Below, in pieces: positions 11,867-25,027 of a DNA stretch of 64,000 nt. The DNA is from Amphiscolops sp. MND2022 (taxonomy: Eukaryota), in contig OZ076409.1 in assembly GCA_964187785.1 (NCBI GenBank), positions 82,772,001 through 82,836,000 of the forward strand, in the 5' to 3' direction. The first letter of the stretch is position 1. The number at the start of each line of letters is the position of its first letter. The notes under the pieces were generated by a model. The model saw only the letters and a list, made by a program, of their open reading frames with translations. It was not told where the DNA came from and did no database searches. Position numbers and translations under genes: made by a program.

Positions 11867-12755
11867 TTCTCAAATAGGGCTCTCAACGTGCCGCTAATTT
11901 GCCGTTTATTACACGGCTGAAGTTAATTATCAAAACGCCAGTAAAACCGGAGACAACTTGGTTCCATTGAAAATTAAAAGTGGCTCTTGGTGAAACCTGC
12001 CATGCTTAAACTTGCCGTCAAAACTTGAATGAAGCTTGATAAAAGTTGAATACAACATGGAAATTCTTTAGCATGAAAATTTCTGTAAAAGTTTTAGAAA
12101 ATCATGAGAAAAGTTGCTGGCAATATTAAGGTGCATGCAAAAAATTCAAGCAATTTCAACAAGGTAGGTAATTGCTGACAAGGAGAAGACACTTTTTAGC
12201 ACTTTCCGAAGCGAGTCGGCCCGTGCATTAACGAAATTGTGAATACTCCTCTGGAAAAAGTTTTTACATTAGTTCAATTCTTGAGTCATTTGGAAAACAA
12301 ACGCGGTTCTTGAATGCTAATTTCAGACTTCTGACTTTGAAAAACTGTCTTCACGAGACTTCAAATTGATCAAAAGGGTCTACCGTTGCATTAAAGTCCA
12401 ACGTTTATCCCGAAAATTACAGTTTCATAGCACTCCAATCATGATTCATGAATTCATATCCGATTGATCCATGATTTATGAGCTTGCCATGCTTTAAAAC
12501 TCCTTCCAACATCAAGGAAAGAATCCATCACACATTGAAGAGTGTGCATAGAATACCCATGATGTCATGGGTGATCAACAACGAAAAGTAGTATCATATT
12601 ACCATAAATGATCAAATATGGAACTCCAAGTTTCAACCTGACATGATGAAATAAGTTTAATTAAGTGAACTCCTTCAAAAGCCCGATTTTTCTTTTTTCG
12701 TTTTAGTGATGCTGTTAAGCACCACTACAATAAACGTTTTTCCTTAAATTGCTAA

Positions 12756-14471
12756 TGTCGCAAGCTGCCGCTTGTGATGGAATACTCTATCAGATACCAG
12801 GAAATAGCGCTCTTAACCCCCCACCAGGAGTATTACCAATATAATCAACAATGGACCATTGGTACGAACGCCTACAAACAATATATCTTACTGTTGCATT
12901 GTAAATTAACTTCACACATATTCGACCTTAAGTCGATTTGGTTACAACAATCTTTTGTATTAATTAAACTGATTACTAGTCACTTTCAATATGTTTTAAT
13001 ATTAGTTTTATCTGTGTTTGAAATACTTGGCAAAGATTGGCAAATTGTTGTAATGTTAGAATATAAACGGTGCTGTAATTTGATAATTGAATTGAAACGC
13101 ACAAGTAAGCAGGTTACAGGAAACGAGTTCAAATGATCGTTTCTTGTAGCTTGCTGTACGCGGCGTCATCCAATACATTGATCAATCACAGCGCTGTATT
13201 TAAGTACATTTAGTGTAGACGCACGGACTGGTGGTCCGTCCTATTATTGTTTGCTGTTACCATTAAACTGCTATACTAAGTGCTGTAGACGCATGGACCA
13301 GTGGTCCGCCATAGTGCTTTTGATTTAAACTTGTACTTACAAATAGAATTAAGTTTAATTGTTTAGACGCAATTTAGATCCAATTTAGTGTTGTTTATCA
13401 ATACATTACCAGTCTAATTGACTGGATGTCATGTAATATTTAAACGATCATGTATTTTACATAACATTCAAACATGTACTCATATTCTTGTAATATCTTC
13501 ATAAAAAGACCCTGAGGCGAGACCGCTAACCTACCAACCTGGCTTTGATGCTATTTTTAACCATAAATGTAAAATGATGCAATATTGACGTCATCCCGTG
13601 GGTCTATTTCGGGAATGAATCAACTATTAATAGTAACATGACGGCCTAAATTACTGGTGTCATGCAGTGCAAAGTATATATGCCCGGACCTTCAGTCCGA
13701 AGGACACAACAATTGATCTCGATACAACTTGCAATACACTCACATCACTGATTTGTTATAATATTTTGCTTACGTTCTGTTGTTTGAAATAGTTTTCAAT
13801 TGACTATTTGAAAATACCAGATTTCTCCATGCCTTCCACTAGAAAGCAGAAAGCCAGAGAAAGGCGTTCTAGCCAATTGGACATCATGTCCGACGTAGAG
13901 AATGTTGATATAATGCTTGGAACTTATGATAGGGATGATGAAAGAGCAGAACGAAGCGAAAGTGAACTCAATTTGGACTCAGGGTCCAATAGACTACACC
14001 AAAATCCAAAACTAGTAGGAGAAGACTTTAGGTCTTTACTCAATACTAATAGTAGAGAGAATAGCGAAGTTACTGTAGAGACCACTAGATTGATCAATGA
14101 AGAAATTTCCAATCAAATGTCAAGGAGGTTGAATGAAATTAAGTCTAGTTTAAATTCACAAATACAAAACGCAATATCAGCTGCAATAGCTGATACTGTA
14201 CTCCCTTCCATTCAAAATACGCTGGAAACGCAGGGGAGAACGAATTTTACTACAATGGACCGAGGGTCCAACGGGCTACATCCCTACCCGATGGAAGGAG
14301 ATTTCACCAAAGAGGACCGGAGGTCCAATGGGCTACAATGGAACTCAGGAGCAGAAAATCCGCTGAAAACATGGGAAAATCGCCCCAAAATGTGTTATAC
14401 ACATGAAAGCAATAGACTAAGGTCTAGAGAAAGTTCGGTAGAATCTTTTGCACACGAACAAAATCGCGACA
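12756..14471 (+). repeat. 5' LTR of element B (1716 bp)
   Basis: TGTCGC...GCGACA terminal inverted repeat, followed directly by a TGG-initiated PBS; repeated at 26950. Confidence 0.92.
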
Positions 14472-14489
14472 TGGTGACAGGAGCCAACT
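14472..14489 (+). promoter_or_regulatory. Primer binding site of element B (possibly tRNA-Leu)
   Basis: TGGTGACAGGAG directly after the LTR end; resembles the complement of a eukaryotic tRNA-Leu 3' end (TGGTGTCAGGAG); tRNA identity inferred from memory. Confidence 0.7.
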
Positions 14490-15586
14490 CTAACTCCCGT
14501 ATGGTTCCTGAGTTCCTCACTGGACGGCCCATGCAACCCCGTGAACATCATGCAACATCAAAATTCCACTAATGAAGAGTCACAGGACCCGGAACCATCG
14601 GTCCACGAGACTACAAAAACAACTACTCCTACTGACCCCGTCAACCGTCTAGCAGAAGTATTGGTCGGCATTAATAACCGTCCATCAGCACAAACACTGA
14701 TGGTACGCCCAGTCAGCACGACAACACTGACGTTTGACGGCAAATCAGAGAAGTTTGAATTTTTCGAAGATCTCTTTCACACGATGATAAAAATGCAGCC
14801 TGACATGACTGAAACAATGAAAATAAACAATTTTCATTCCTTGTTACGCAAAAATGCGTTACAAATCTTTCGCAACATCAATACGGCAAACAGGCAGACC
14901 TTGGAAGACATTTTGGCAGTATTTCGCCGGAAATACGTCAAACCTGAGTCCCAGGCGACCGCCAAACACAAATGGCACAGATTGGTGTTCGACCCAAACA
15001 CCATGAAACTGCCAGACTTCCTTGAGGAATTAAATCAAGGAGCTGAAAAAGCGTTTGGCGAGAACGCCCAGGCCATGATTGACAGTCTCCTTTATGCCAA
15101 ATTGCCACCGAAACTGAAAGGCTCTGTCAATGTGGCTAGACTTGAAAACGCTACCTACGAGGAGATAGTCACCCATTTAGAACGTGAGCTTGAACTCAAT
15201 GGACTTGAGGAGGGGGATGACATTCCAGTACCAACAATGTCCACTGCCCCTACAGCAACACGACCGGGAACTGGCCTTCTTTCCTCTGGCATCGATCCAA
15301 ACAATACCTGCAACCATTGCAAAAAACCCGGACATGTCAAGGATGAATGCCAAAAACTTAAACAAAAGGAGGAACAACGCCGCAATGACGGGCAGGATAC
15401 CAAGAAAGAGTATCCAAAATGTCCAACTTGCGACAAAACGAACCACCCGGCGGAACGATGTTGGAAAGGCGCCGGAGCCCTCCTCAAGCCCAAAAACCTT
15501 AAACTGGAGGACACTACCGCCGCTCATACGTCCACCAGCAAAGACGACGCAAAAAATACACAACCGACCTCCATTTTGGAAAACCC

Positions 15587-15593
15587 AAAAAAC
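15587..15593 (+). promoter_or_regulatory. -1 ribosomal frameshift slippery heptamer A AAA AAC at the gag/pol junction
   Basis: In gag frame CCA AAA AAC TAG; the -1 frame is open (apart from one TGA at 15635) into the ORF 15728..16186. Confidence 0.75.
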
Positions 15594-18500
15594 TAGATTC
15601 GCCACGACTCCAATTTAATGACAAACTCCGTGTTTGACAATACATAATATCAGACCCCTCAAACGTCTATTATACTGAAAATTATACCTCACATAAAGAC
15701 ACACCATCAGCTGACTGGCAGCAGCAGATGACGACTCCACCTACCTCCCACACCACTTTGGACCCTATGTCCAACAGACTACAGCACGATACTACTACTA
15801 TACGGCTTCTACCCCTCATTGATGACGATAGCCCATACTACTCTGATCCTGATTATGGTTTTGACCCCTATTGGGTCGCTAATTGCTACAATCAACATCA
15901 TCTATACTTCTACCGTAATTTAAACAAACCGAGTCACGTCATAGAACCAGATTCCTATGACAATGACAAAGCCTTGAATGTGGTCCTTGCGCAAGCACGA
16001 GTTGACCCATGGCAAAATGACACACCGCCAAAATGGCAAATGACCCACAATGGGCCTGACAACGATTTTCACCGTGTGGGACCACAAGTCTCTCTGGCTA
16101 CAGCAGTTGCCGCGCGCTTCGTGAACACTCTAATCACGAGGACTGGCGAACCAGACTGTACCGCTGACAACCAATCTTGGCCTTAAATACAAACGACGAA
16201 TGCTCTATATTCCGATGGATTTTGGCGAACTAACATTAGATGGCCTTGTAGACACGGGAGCTCTATCTAGCGCAATCCCAGAAGCTGATCTACGTAAAAT
16301 CCGACTACTAGCCCCTCAGTCTATTGTCAAAGAGGGCCCGGCTCCCAACTTCCAAATTATGGTTGCTAATGGGCAGCTGGAGAATCCGAAGAGCACAGTC
16401 GAGCTGAAGTTTGAAGTTGGCGACATAGAATTCCACGAGATATTCATAGTCATGGAAAAACTCACTAGCCCATTGATTGGTCTTTCCTTCCTTCAAAGGA
16501 ATAACACCATTCTGGACATGCGACAAGGCGTCCTAAATTTTCCTTTCTTCTCAATGCAGCTCAAAACTGCCGACCACAAGTACACTAACGTCATGGAACC
16601 CATTTGCATTAGAGACGATGTAACCATCCCACCTAATGACCGACAATCGGTCCAGCTGGCATCACAACTGTACGAAGACACTACAGTTACCGGGATCCTT
16701 CAACCGAGCAACACGCTTACAGATGATGGTGACATCGCTTTCTGTGCTGCTCTAGTCACACTGACCAATGGTCAGGTTTCGGTTCATCTGAACAACTTTA
16801 TCGACAGTCCGTATAACCTTAAAAGAGGCACACAGGTTGCTAATTTCACTGTCCTTACACCAGAACAGATGAAATATGTCAAACCCATTGACCCAGTGAC
16901 CACATGGCACCTCTTGCAGAACAATCCTGAAAATGCTGCTTACTATGCAACTAGCTTGATCAAATCTACTAAGCCTGAGGACTTCAAGGAAAACTACTGG
17001 TTTCCAGCACAAGAGGACCCTGGGGACCCTCAGCATCATACGCCGATCCAGAAACGGATTTTATCAGAACTCATCAACCTTCAAGAATTAGAGCAACTTA
17101 ATCCTCAGGAGGACCCTGAGTCCAGACAACACTTTTTGTCCAATTTTGATTGGACAGATTCTTTGCTACAACTAAATGAAATAGCTCGCATAGAAGATTT
17201 ACTTGTTGAATTTCACGACATATTCGCAAGACACCGATTCGACATAGGCATGAACGAGGACTTCAAGGTCAAACTGACGCCGAAAGACGATTCCCCAGCC
17301 TATAGTCAGAGTTTGCCAACGCCAATCAATCTCAAAGAGGACATCCTTGTAGAATTGGCACTACTACATCGTTATGGGATCATTACAACACTCCCTTTTT
17401 CCAAATACGCAAGCCCAATATTTGCCCAGAAAAAACCCAATGGTAAATTGCGACTTCTAGTCGATTTGCGTAAGATTAACAATCTTATCTCGGATGATTA
17501 TATCAACAACAACCATCCAGTGAGCACACTTACCGATGCAGCCCAACATATGGCCGGGAAGAAGCTATTTTGTAAGCTAGACTGCTCCCAAGCATACCAT
17601 TGCCTACAAATGGCGGACCAACGGTCCATTGAAATGCTTGCTTTCAATTTCGCCAGCAGAACCTTTGCGTACAGAAGATTGCCACAGGGACTCAGCAGAG
17701 CCATATCGGCCTTCTCTAGCTTTATGCGCGAATACTTAGACAAAGTCATCAAAGCAGACCAATGTGCCCAATACGTCGATGATATTGGCATCGCTGCCAA
17801 CGATGCTGAACAACTCATCAACAACCTGAGGGCCACATTTCAATGCATACAAAAAACTGGTCTCAAGCTTACGATGCATAAATGCCATTTTGACGCAACG
17901 GAAATCGATTTTTTGGGACTTACCATCACTCCTGCGGGAGTAAAGCCGCAGAAACCACGGGTCCAAAGTTTCCTGGAAAATACCAAATTTCCGAAATCCA
18001 AGAAAGCACTTCAACGCTACTTGGGATTCCTAAACTATTTCAGGAACTACATCCCAAGGCTGTCAGAAAAACTAACACCGTTTTTCAAATGGCTTACAAA
18101 AGATGAAAAAGTCCTGGTTACTCCGGACCTATTGGAGAAATTCACCGAGATAAATAAGGCTCTTGACCGATGTTGTGAACTGGCACTCAAACAACTTTTA
18201 CCGAACAAACAAATTGCCCTTATGACCGACGCTAGCTTTTCGGCTGCAGGGTACGCGGTTCTCATCAAAGATGATCCCCTCGAGGAATATACCTCTACGA
18301 GGAAAGCTTTCGCACCAGTAGCTTACGGATCCAAGACCTTTAGTCCTACCCAATTGAAAATGTCCATCTACGCAAAGGAATTCCTGGCAATTTTCTTTGC
18401 CTTCAAGGAATTCGGACACATATTTTGGGGAACCCCGAAACCGGTGATTATACTTACAGACAACAAATCAGTCACAAGATTTTTTCAAACAAAAATCATC

Positions 18501-20629
18501 CCTCCAACTCTATGGAACGCATGTGACTACGTCATTCAGTTCAACTTCACCATTGCTCACATACCTGGCAAAAACAACACTGCCGCAGAATATTTGTCCC
18601 GACTCGAAATCTCTCCAAAAGAAAAATTGATCCTCAGGATAAGAGAAGATATTCCAACAACACCGATTGAACTACATGTCCAATCGGCGGGAGTGTCAGA
18701 AGAAGAACAAATTTTCTACACGGATGACGACGACGAGACAGAAGAACAAATCCTACAACGCAAAAAGGACGCTAGAGCCCACCCAGCACATCAACTACCA
18801 GATATCTCATTCGAAAAATTCACAACACACAAAAGCCAATACCACAAACTTTCCACAATCCAAAAACTAACCAGCAAAAACTCCATAGCAGTCGAACAAA
18901 ACAACGACATTATTTTACAACAACTACGACTCAAAATACTCAAAGAAAATTACTCAGAGTCCATACTAATGCAAGACAATCGATACCAACATTACTGTCG
19001 CCAAATGGACCGACTGTCCGTTACAGACGAAATCATCACCAGGCAGTATTTTGATGAAACAGGGTCAGTTAAATACCATCAGGTGCTCTTGCCAAAACAT
19101 TTAGTCGCAAAACTCCTTGAATCCTTACATGGGAAAGCAACTAAACACCCAGGCATATCCAAGATGCTTATCGAAATTCGACAAAAATACTATTACCCAG
19201 GAATTGCGAAAGTTGTCAAAAAATGGGTTCAGGGATGTAAAATTTGTATCAAGGACAAACGAATTCCCAATTCATCCATACCCCTGAACTCCTCAATTTG
19301 CCTGAATGGGACCTAGGACCAGAAGATGCAATGCAAATTGATTTGTTACCAAACTTACCACCAAGTGCTGGATACGAAAATATCATCACTGCAATGGATG
19401 TGTTTTCAAGATATCTTTTTGCCTATCCAGTCAAGGACGCTTCGGCCATAAATACGGCAAAAGTCATCTTTGATATAATGACCAAGCACACCTATTTGCC
19501 CACTACCTTGATTACAGACAAAGGTACGGCCTTCACGTCCAGGATGGTGGCTGAGATTGCTCAAATTTTGGGAATCCAAATGAAATGCGCGACTACAAAA
19601 CATCCACAAACCATTGGCAAACTTGAGTGAACACACGCCAGCCTCAAAACAAACTTAAAAATGGCCTCAGGGGACTATAGGCGACAATGGCATAAATATC
19701 TACCTTTAGCTGTCCTAAATTATAACACGACGTATCACGCCACCCTGGGCTGCGAACCAACCAGAATTTTTCATGGACGTATTCCATATAATATTCTTGA
19801 TCATAAATTGGGACTTAATCCGAACCCCAAGGTCCTTCCGACTACAGATTTTGCAGATGAATTTCAAAGACAAACACAAATACTGATGGACTCCACGAAG
19901 AAAAACATCATGCAATCCTATTTGAAATACAAGGAATACTATGATCGCAAGGCAAAAGCAGCACCATTGAAACTAAATGACTATTGTTTTTTATTACAAC
20001 CTATTGCTGACCACCAAGGATCAAAAATATCGTTTTGCGAATACCGGTGGACTGGACCCTACATAGTAGAAAAGGTATTACCGAATGAGAATTACATTGT
20101 CAGGAAACTTAATTCCAATAAAACATAGATCCTACACCGTATCAGATTGCGTAAATACGAACCGAACACCGATCTACAAGATATTCGACCGGAAGGCAAC
20201 TTGCAACAGGATGACGAAATTGTTATCCCGCAAGACGACTTGTACGTTATTACGTGGGAAACCACCTTTGGAGAATTTCCCAATTCGGCCGAAAAAGCCA
20301 CATTTCCTACGAACCTAGACGCCACAGACGCTTCTAATGACCTCGTGGATGTTGACAGCTCGCCAGGAGAAGTTTTCACTGACGTGGACCTCGGGTCCAC
20401 TGGGCCACACCAAAATAACGACGTTGATATGAGCGAACAAACGTGCCCGGACCGCCTTACTGACCAGACTGATGATCAACAATCATCAGGAGGGAGAGAA
20501 ACTATCGTGCCCGAAGTACCAGATGATGAAAATGATGATGTGATTGTAGACAATAAAAGCCCCAGGGGAGGAAGATATAACCTTCGTCCTAACCCCACCC
20601 CCAACTTTACTGATGAATACAGATACTAG
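15590..20629 (+). pseudogene. pol: pol of element B (protease, RT, RNase H, integrase), several stops and frameshifts
   Basis: LVDTGA protease; YVDD RT; TDAS RNase H; HHCC (H..HPG..CKIC); integrase core QIDLL/ITDKG/GKLE; WTGPY (GPY/F) motif; pieces 15728..16186, 16200..19316, 19244..19630, 19661..20128, 20147..20629. Confidence 0.95.
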
Positions 20630-20637
20630 TCAGACAT

Positions 20638-23600
20638 TTAAATTACGGTCCCACTGCCAAATAATAAAAAGTATCTTTTTGGGACTCGACTGACTGCTAA
20701 ACCAAACAACTTGACTAAAATAGACAAACAATAAATAAAAAACTGAAGAGTATTTACAAAGGAGTCTAAGTTACAATTGTACATATAGCACAAATAACGT
20801 TTACTAGATCCAGCCAACATTCGGGACGTTGATTCCGTCAGTTCTTCTTCGCTCAGCAAGTGACTATGGCGTTTGCCTGGCTTGGGAACTGGGAAGGACT
20901 GCATGGGGGCTTCTTCCGCAGCTGAGTTGACCTGCGGTCCAGACTGATTGTCCGCCTCCTTTGATTCCAAATTCTCTCGAATCTGGGTCTTCCCAAAGTG
21001 GTCGACGCTGTCCCAAGGGCTATAAAGGTCACTTAAACCAGAGTTCCCGAAAGACTGCTCCAGGGGCAGGAAGCGAGACACGGACGCATCTGAAGTAAGG
21101 ACATCTAACCCATGGCCGACATATCCCAGGAAGGATTGAATTGGTGCGATGACGTCGAACATTGTACTAAGTGGATCGTCAGTCCGGTGGGATCCAAACT
21201 TTACGGGTGTAAACGACATTCGAGGCTCATCAAGGCATAGGCAACTTAGGCGGAAAATTCTCCGCAAGTGGGGGCGAGACGCTAGGGATTCCTGACTAGA
21301 CACAAAATGAATGGCGTCTGCAATGAGGAGTTTTGGCTGCTGAATGTCAGGATGGGAAGATCTTATATCGAGGAACGACAAGTATTCCTCAATAAAGATG
21401 GATTCCTCATCGGCCTGAAATACACCACGGAGCCGGAAACTAGTGAACAGCTGCTTAAAACAGTAAATCGCATTCTCCAACGGATCCACTAGCATCACAT
21501 CCAAGTCGAAGGACCCGAGGCCCCTGACAATGTCAGAAGTAAAGCGACTTAGCCCTTGAGTCCCTTTGAAGAGGAAAATCACATAGCTCCTGGCATTACG
21601 CCCGAATTCTTCTTTACAATTGGCGATAATGGTGTCCAGAGTCAGTCCTTCGTTCCTCTTCTTTCCCTTCCCTGATTCAGCCTTGGACTTGCAGGCAGGG
21701 GCAATTCTAACGTCAAGCTTTGAGCGTGACAGAAAATCTGCAGTACTTAGAGCCTTGACGTCCGGAATAGAAAGATTCAGAATCTTACGATAGTCGCTCT
21801 CAGAGGGCAGATTAGGGGACCTGATACATCGTCGTCCCAACTTGAAGAGAAACTGGCAAAGTTCCTTGAACACATGGAACCCTCGGTCCCGTCGCTGCTT
21901 TAGATTCACCACGAAGCTGTTGACGTAGTCCCGTACTAGTCGATAGAATAATTCCAAGCGGGCAGGAAAGAATTCGTCGTACACCAACGTCCAATCAAGA
22001 CTCTGTGGCTAAAACAACAAAAAGACAATGATTTACTTAAGGATAAATGCGACTTTCCTCAACCTTCATACACTTTGGCTTACTACAGACATTGAGAAGT
22101 AGATTAGCTATTACGGACAACGGGTCCTTTTGACTATATAAAATGGGAGGCTCATTATAGATTTAGATTAGAAAACCAGAGAAGTCTTCTTATACTCAAC
22201 CTGCTTTCGAACGCCTTGCATGCCCTGGGTGGCTGAGTGTTGCGACAGATACGCAATGACTTGGGGCCAGTGTTTCAGCAATTCCTGGCACAGGGTAGGT
22301 AGACCATTGATATCTAATGACAAGTCCTGATCGCCTACAACAAATAGTTCAATGCAGAGAAACCCTAAAGGAAAATCAACACCTAATGGAAACGAAGTTT
22401 ACCTTGGATAATTCTGGGGAGAGCATCACCCATTCTTGTTCTAATCCCAGTCCCAGAGAGGCGATGAGGTGGTGTAGGACCCCAAACATATCGATGTGTC
22501 CAAAGACACTTGAATCTTTCTTGTGCATTAGAGACCTCAGTTGGAGTTCTTCGAAGCGCAGTGGACTCTGTACGGAAAATTGACGCTAAGGGCTGTCATC
22601 CAGTAACTGTACAGTATTTGAAGCGCAGCCTGTGATGCTGACGATCTCAGGACTGGTTGATATGGCTCCCATCACACAGGAGATTAACGAGATCTCAGCT
22701 TGGGTCTGGCCATGTGCCCTCCCAGTCCTTTTGAGGAACACTCGGCACATCTCGTTGCCCATCCAGATTCTCACAAATACCAATAAGAAAGTGCCGTCAT
22801 TAGCAAATTCCAGAGCATACTCGTTGCTTGTGAGAATGTGATTTCCCACCTCATTCAGAACCTCGAGGAATATGTGATGGAACAGGGCCTGAAACATGTG
22901 GCATGATCAAAATGATTGTAGGAAAAGCGACCAAAGGTCCTAAAGCTTATAGAACAGCTAGTTTGAAAGTTAAGTAGCTAGAACTTGGTATGGAGGATTC
23001 AATAACTCCAGTTAACGAATACTAACTGTAAGACGCTCTTTAGTCCAATTGAAGTCCGTAAATAGTGCCTGGTGGTTCACTACTACTCCTATGTCCCTCC
23101 AGAAGCTACGAAGGATGTCAACATCTCCGTAGTAAGGGAGAAAGCGTCTCAGCACTGAGATCTGAATACGGGCACGGTTCTCTGAGGAGGAGGACATATG
23201 ATCTGCACCGGCCATGTACTCGTCATAAAAGGGGAGCTTTTCCCCGATGTCGACCAATTCAACGTCCTTGAAATGGGGAAGTTCGATAGCCAGCTCGTAT
23301 GGCGTTAATAGCTTTCCATCTTTACCTCTGACTTGGGGAATCCGAGTGTTCGTACAGGGGTCGAGTTTGTACAGGTACTCATACCTCCATCGTTGATCTT
23401 TTCCGAGGTGTTTCTCTGTCGAATGGTGTCTCAGGATCTCTCGGGCCCCTTTGGAATAGATGGAGATATTAGCCTTGCAAATCTGGCAGTAAAATTTGTA
23501 CTTATTCCACTTCGGGTCTACAGGGCCAGAAACAAAAGTCCTTGTCCATTCCATTCCGCCGAAGTACGCTTCTTTCATGACTTTGCAAGTCCTTGTGGTC

Positions 23601-25027
23601 TTCACACGTGCAGAAGTGCCCCTACCAGATTGCCCTTTCCCTTTAGCTTTTGCAGAACGTTTCTTCTGTTGTCGATCTGCAACTGCTTCTTTCTTTAGTG
23701 CAGCAAGCGTCTGTAGTCCAGGACTGTCCAAGTTGAAAGTAGTCTGGGGGAACTGCGGGTTCGTTCGGCTAGACCCAGGCATCGGCTCAGATGGGGACCG
23801 CCCAATTTGCATTTCAGCGTCAGAATGCTCGAAAGAATATGCGAGGATTCCGAAGTCGTCGTTACTTTGCAATGCCCCACTGGTTTCGCTATACCTCTCG
23901 GTGGAAGAGGAACAATTTCTTCCTGCACTGGTAACAACAGAGGAGCCTCTTCTGGAAGAACTTCCCTTGCTGGACTTGGTACCCCCGGGCCTGGAGGCAA
24001 GAGATAATCGGCTGGCTCGATAAACAAGATTTTCGAGCATATCATACGACGCCCTAGCGGTCTCATCTGCTACCGCTCGCATGACAGCTGAGATTTGGCT
24101 TTCAGTGAAGGCAACGACTGGATGCCCAGGTGAGAAACGGATTCGTTCACTGTTTTCAAAGTGTTCCTTGATCAGAGCTCGGCTTCTTCCGCCCAAGGGG
24201 ACGTCTCTGGGTTCGCGTGGGGGATCGAAAGGGGTTGCTACACTGGATTGATCACTGCACACAGGGAGGCTGCAGTCATGAACAGTCTTCAATGCGTCGC
24301 CTAGAGTTGAGCCAGCGTTTGGTCCGGACTCATAGTCTGACGCTCGGTCAACTTCGGACCCACTCTGGTCCCCAAAGAAGGGTGGAGGTGGTAGAGGACT
24401 GTTTGATGATGGAACTCCAGTCTGACTTGGGGTGGCGGCCACTAAGTCTTTAAGAGCTGGCTCAGTTCCGACTGAGGAACCAGATTCGGAAAGAAAACCC
24501 CCGGAACGTTTGGATGAAGGCCCAACTAGTCCTGTTTGTGAGCCATGAGTCTGAGAATCTGGAGGGTCAAGGAATATGACCTGTGGTCGACAGGAAGACT
24601 GAATTTGTCCAGATGAGGACTGGTCGGGGTTAACGGTAACTTCCATGGCTTCGCTAATGCTTTCACGCTGGGCAGCTTCAGTGACCTCAGCAAAATCTTT
24701 TGCCGCAGCTTCCTCCAATTGACTCATCTTACAGGTGATGTAAGTTCCGCAACTTTCAGTAGACCCGCTGCTGTCTGTGGCTAGAAACCCGGAAATCAGG
24801 GTAGGGCTAGGAGATTGCTGTAGCTGTTCGGCCCTTTGGTCCTCTGGCTCTGCTTGCAGCTCGGATTGCTCATCAGACACTATTGGATTGGTTTCCATAG
24901 CAGCAGTTTGGGCGGAATTGTCCTCAGTCTCGATGACTTTGAGATCTTGTGTCGGTTGGCCGTTCTTTTCTTCGCCTAATTGGAAAGAAATAAATTTACG
25001 CGATTGACTTCCTGAATATGAATCCAT
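20638..25027 (-). CDS. Antisense multi-exon cargo gene of element B: BED-type zinc-finger protein resembling an inactive hAT transposase (one in-frame stop in this copy)
   Basis: Predicted exons 25027..23027, 22888..22403, ~22326..22196, 22133..22064, 22008..20638 joined by GT-AG introns that keep frame; CQIC-x16-H-x5-H finger at ~23408..23550; in-frame TAG at 22586..22588. Confidence 0.7.

Larger units (their letters stand above)
13829..15596 (+). pseudogene. gag: gag of element B (starts inside the LTR; one frameshift near 14550)
   Basis: ORFs 13808..14572 and 14541..15596; capsid-like FDGKSEKFE..F; zinc knuckles CNHCKKPGHVKDEC and CPTCDKTNHPAERC. Confidence 0.88.

Noticed and set aside
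20638..25027. Ordinary nested hAT DNA transposon inside element B
   Set aside because: No TIRs or 8-bp TSD seen, catalytic motifs appear absent, and the ORF abuts the pol stop; not fully excluded without sibling copies
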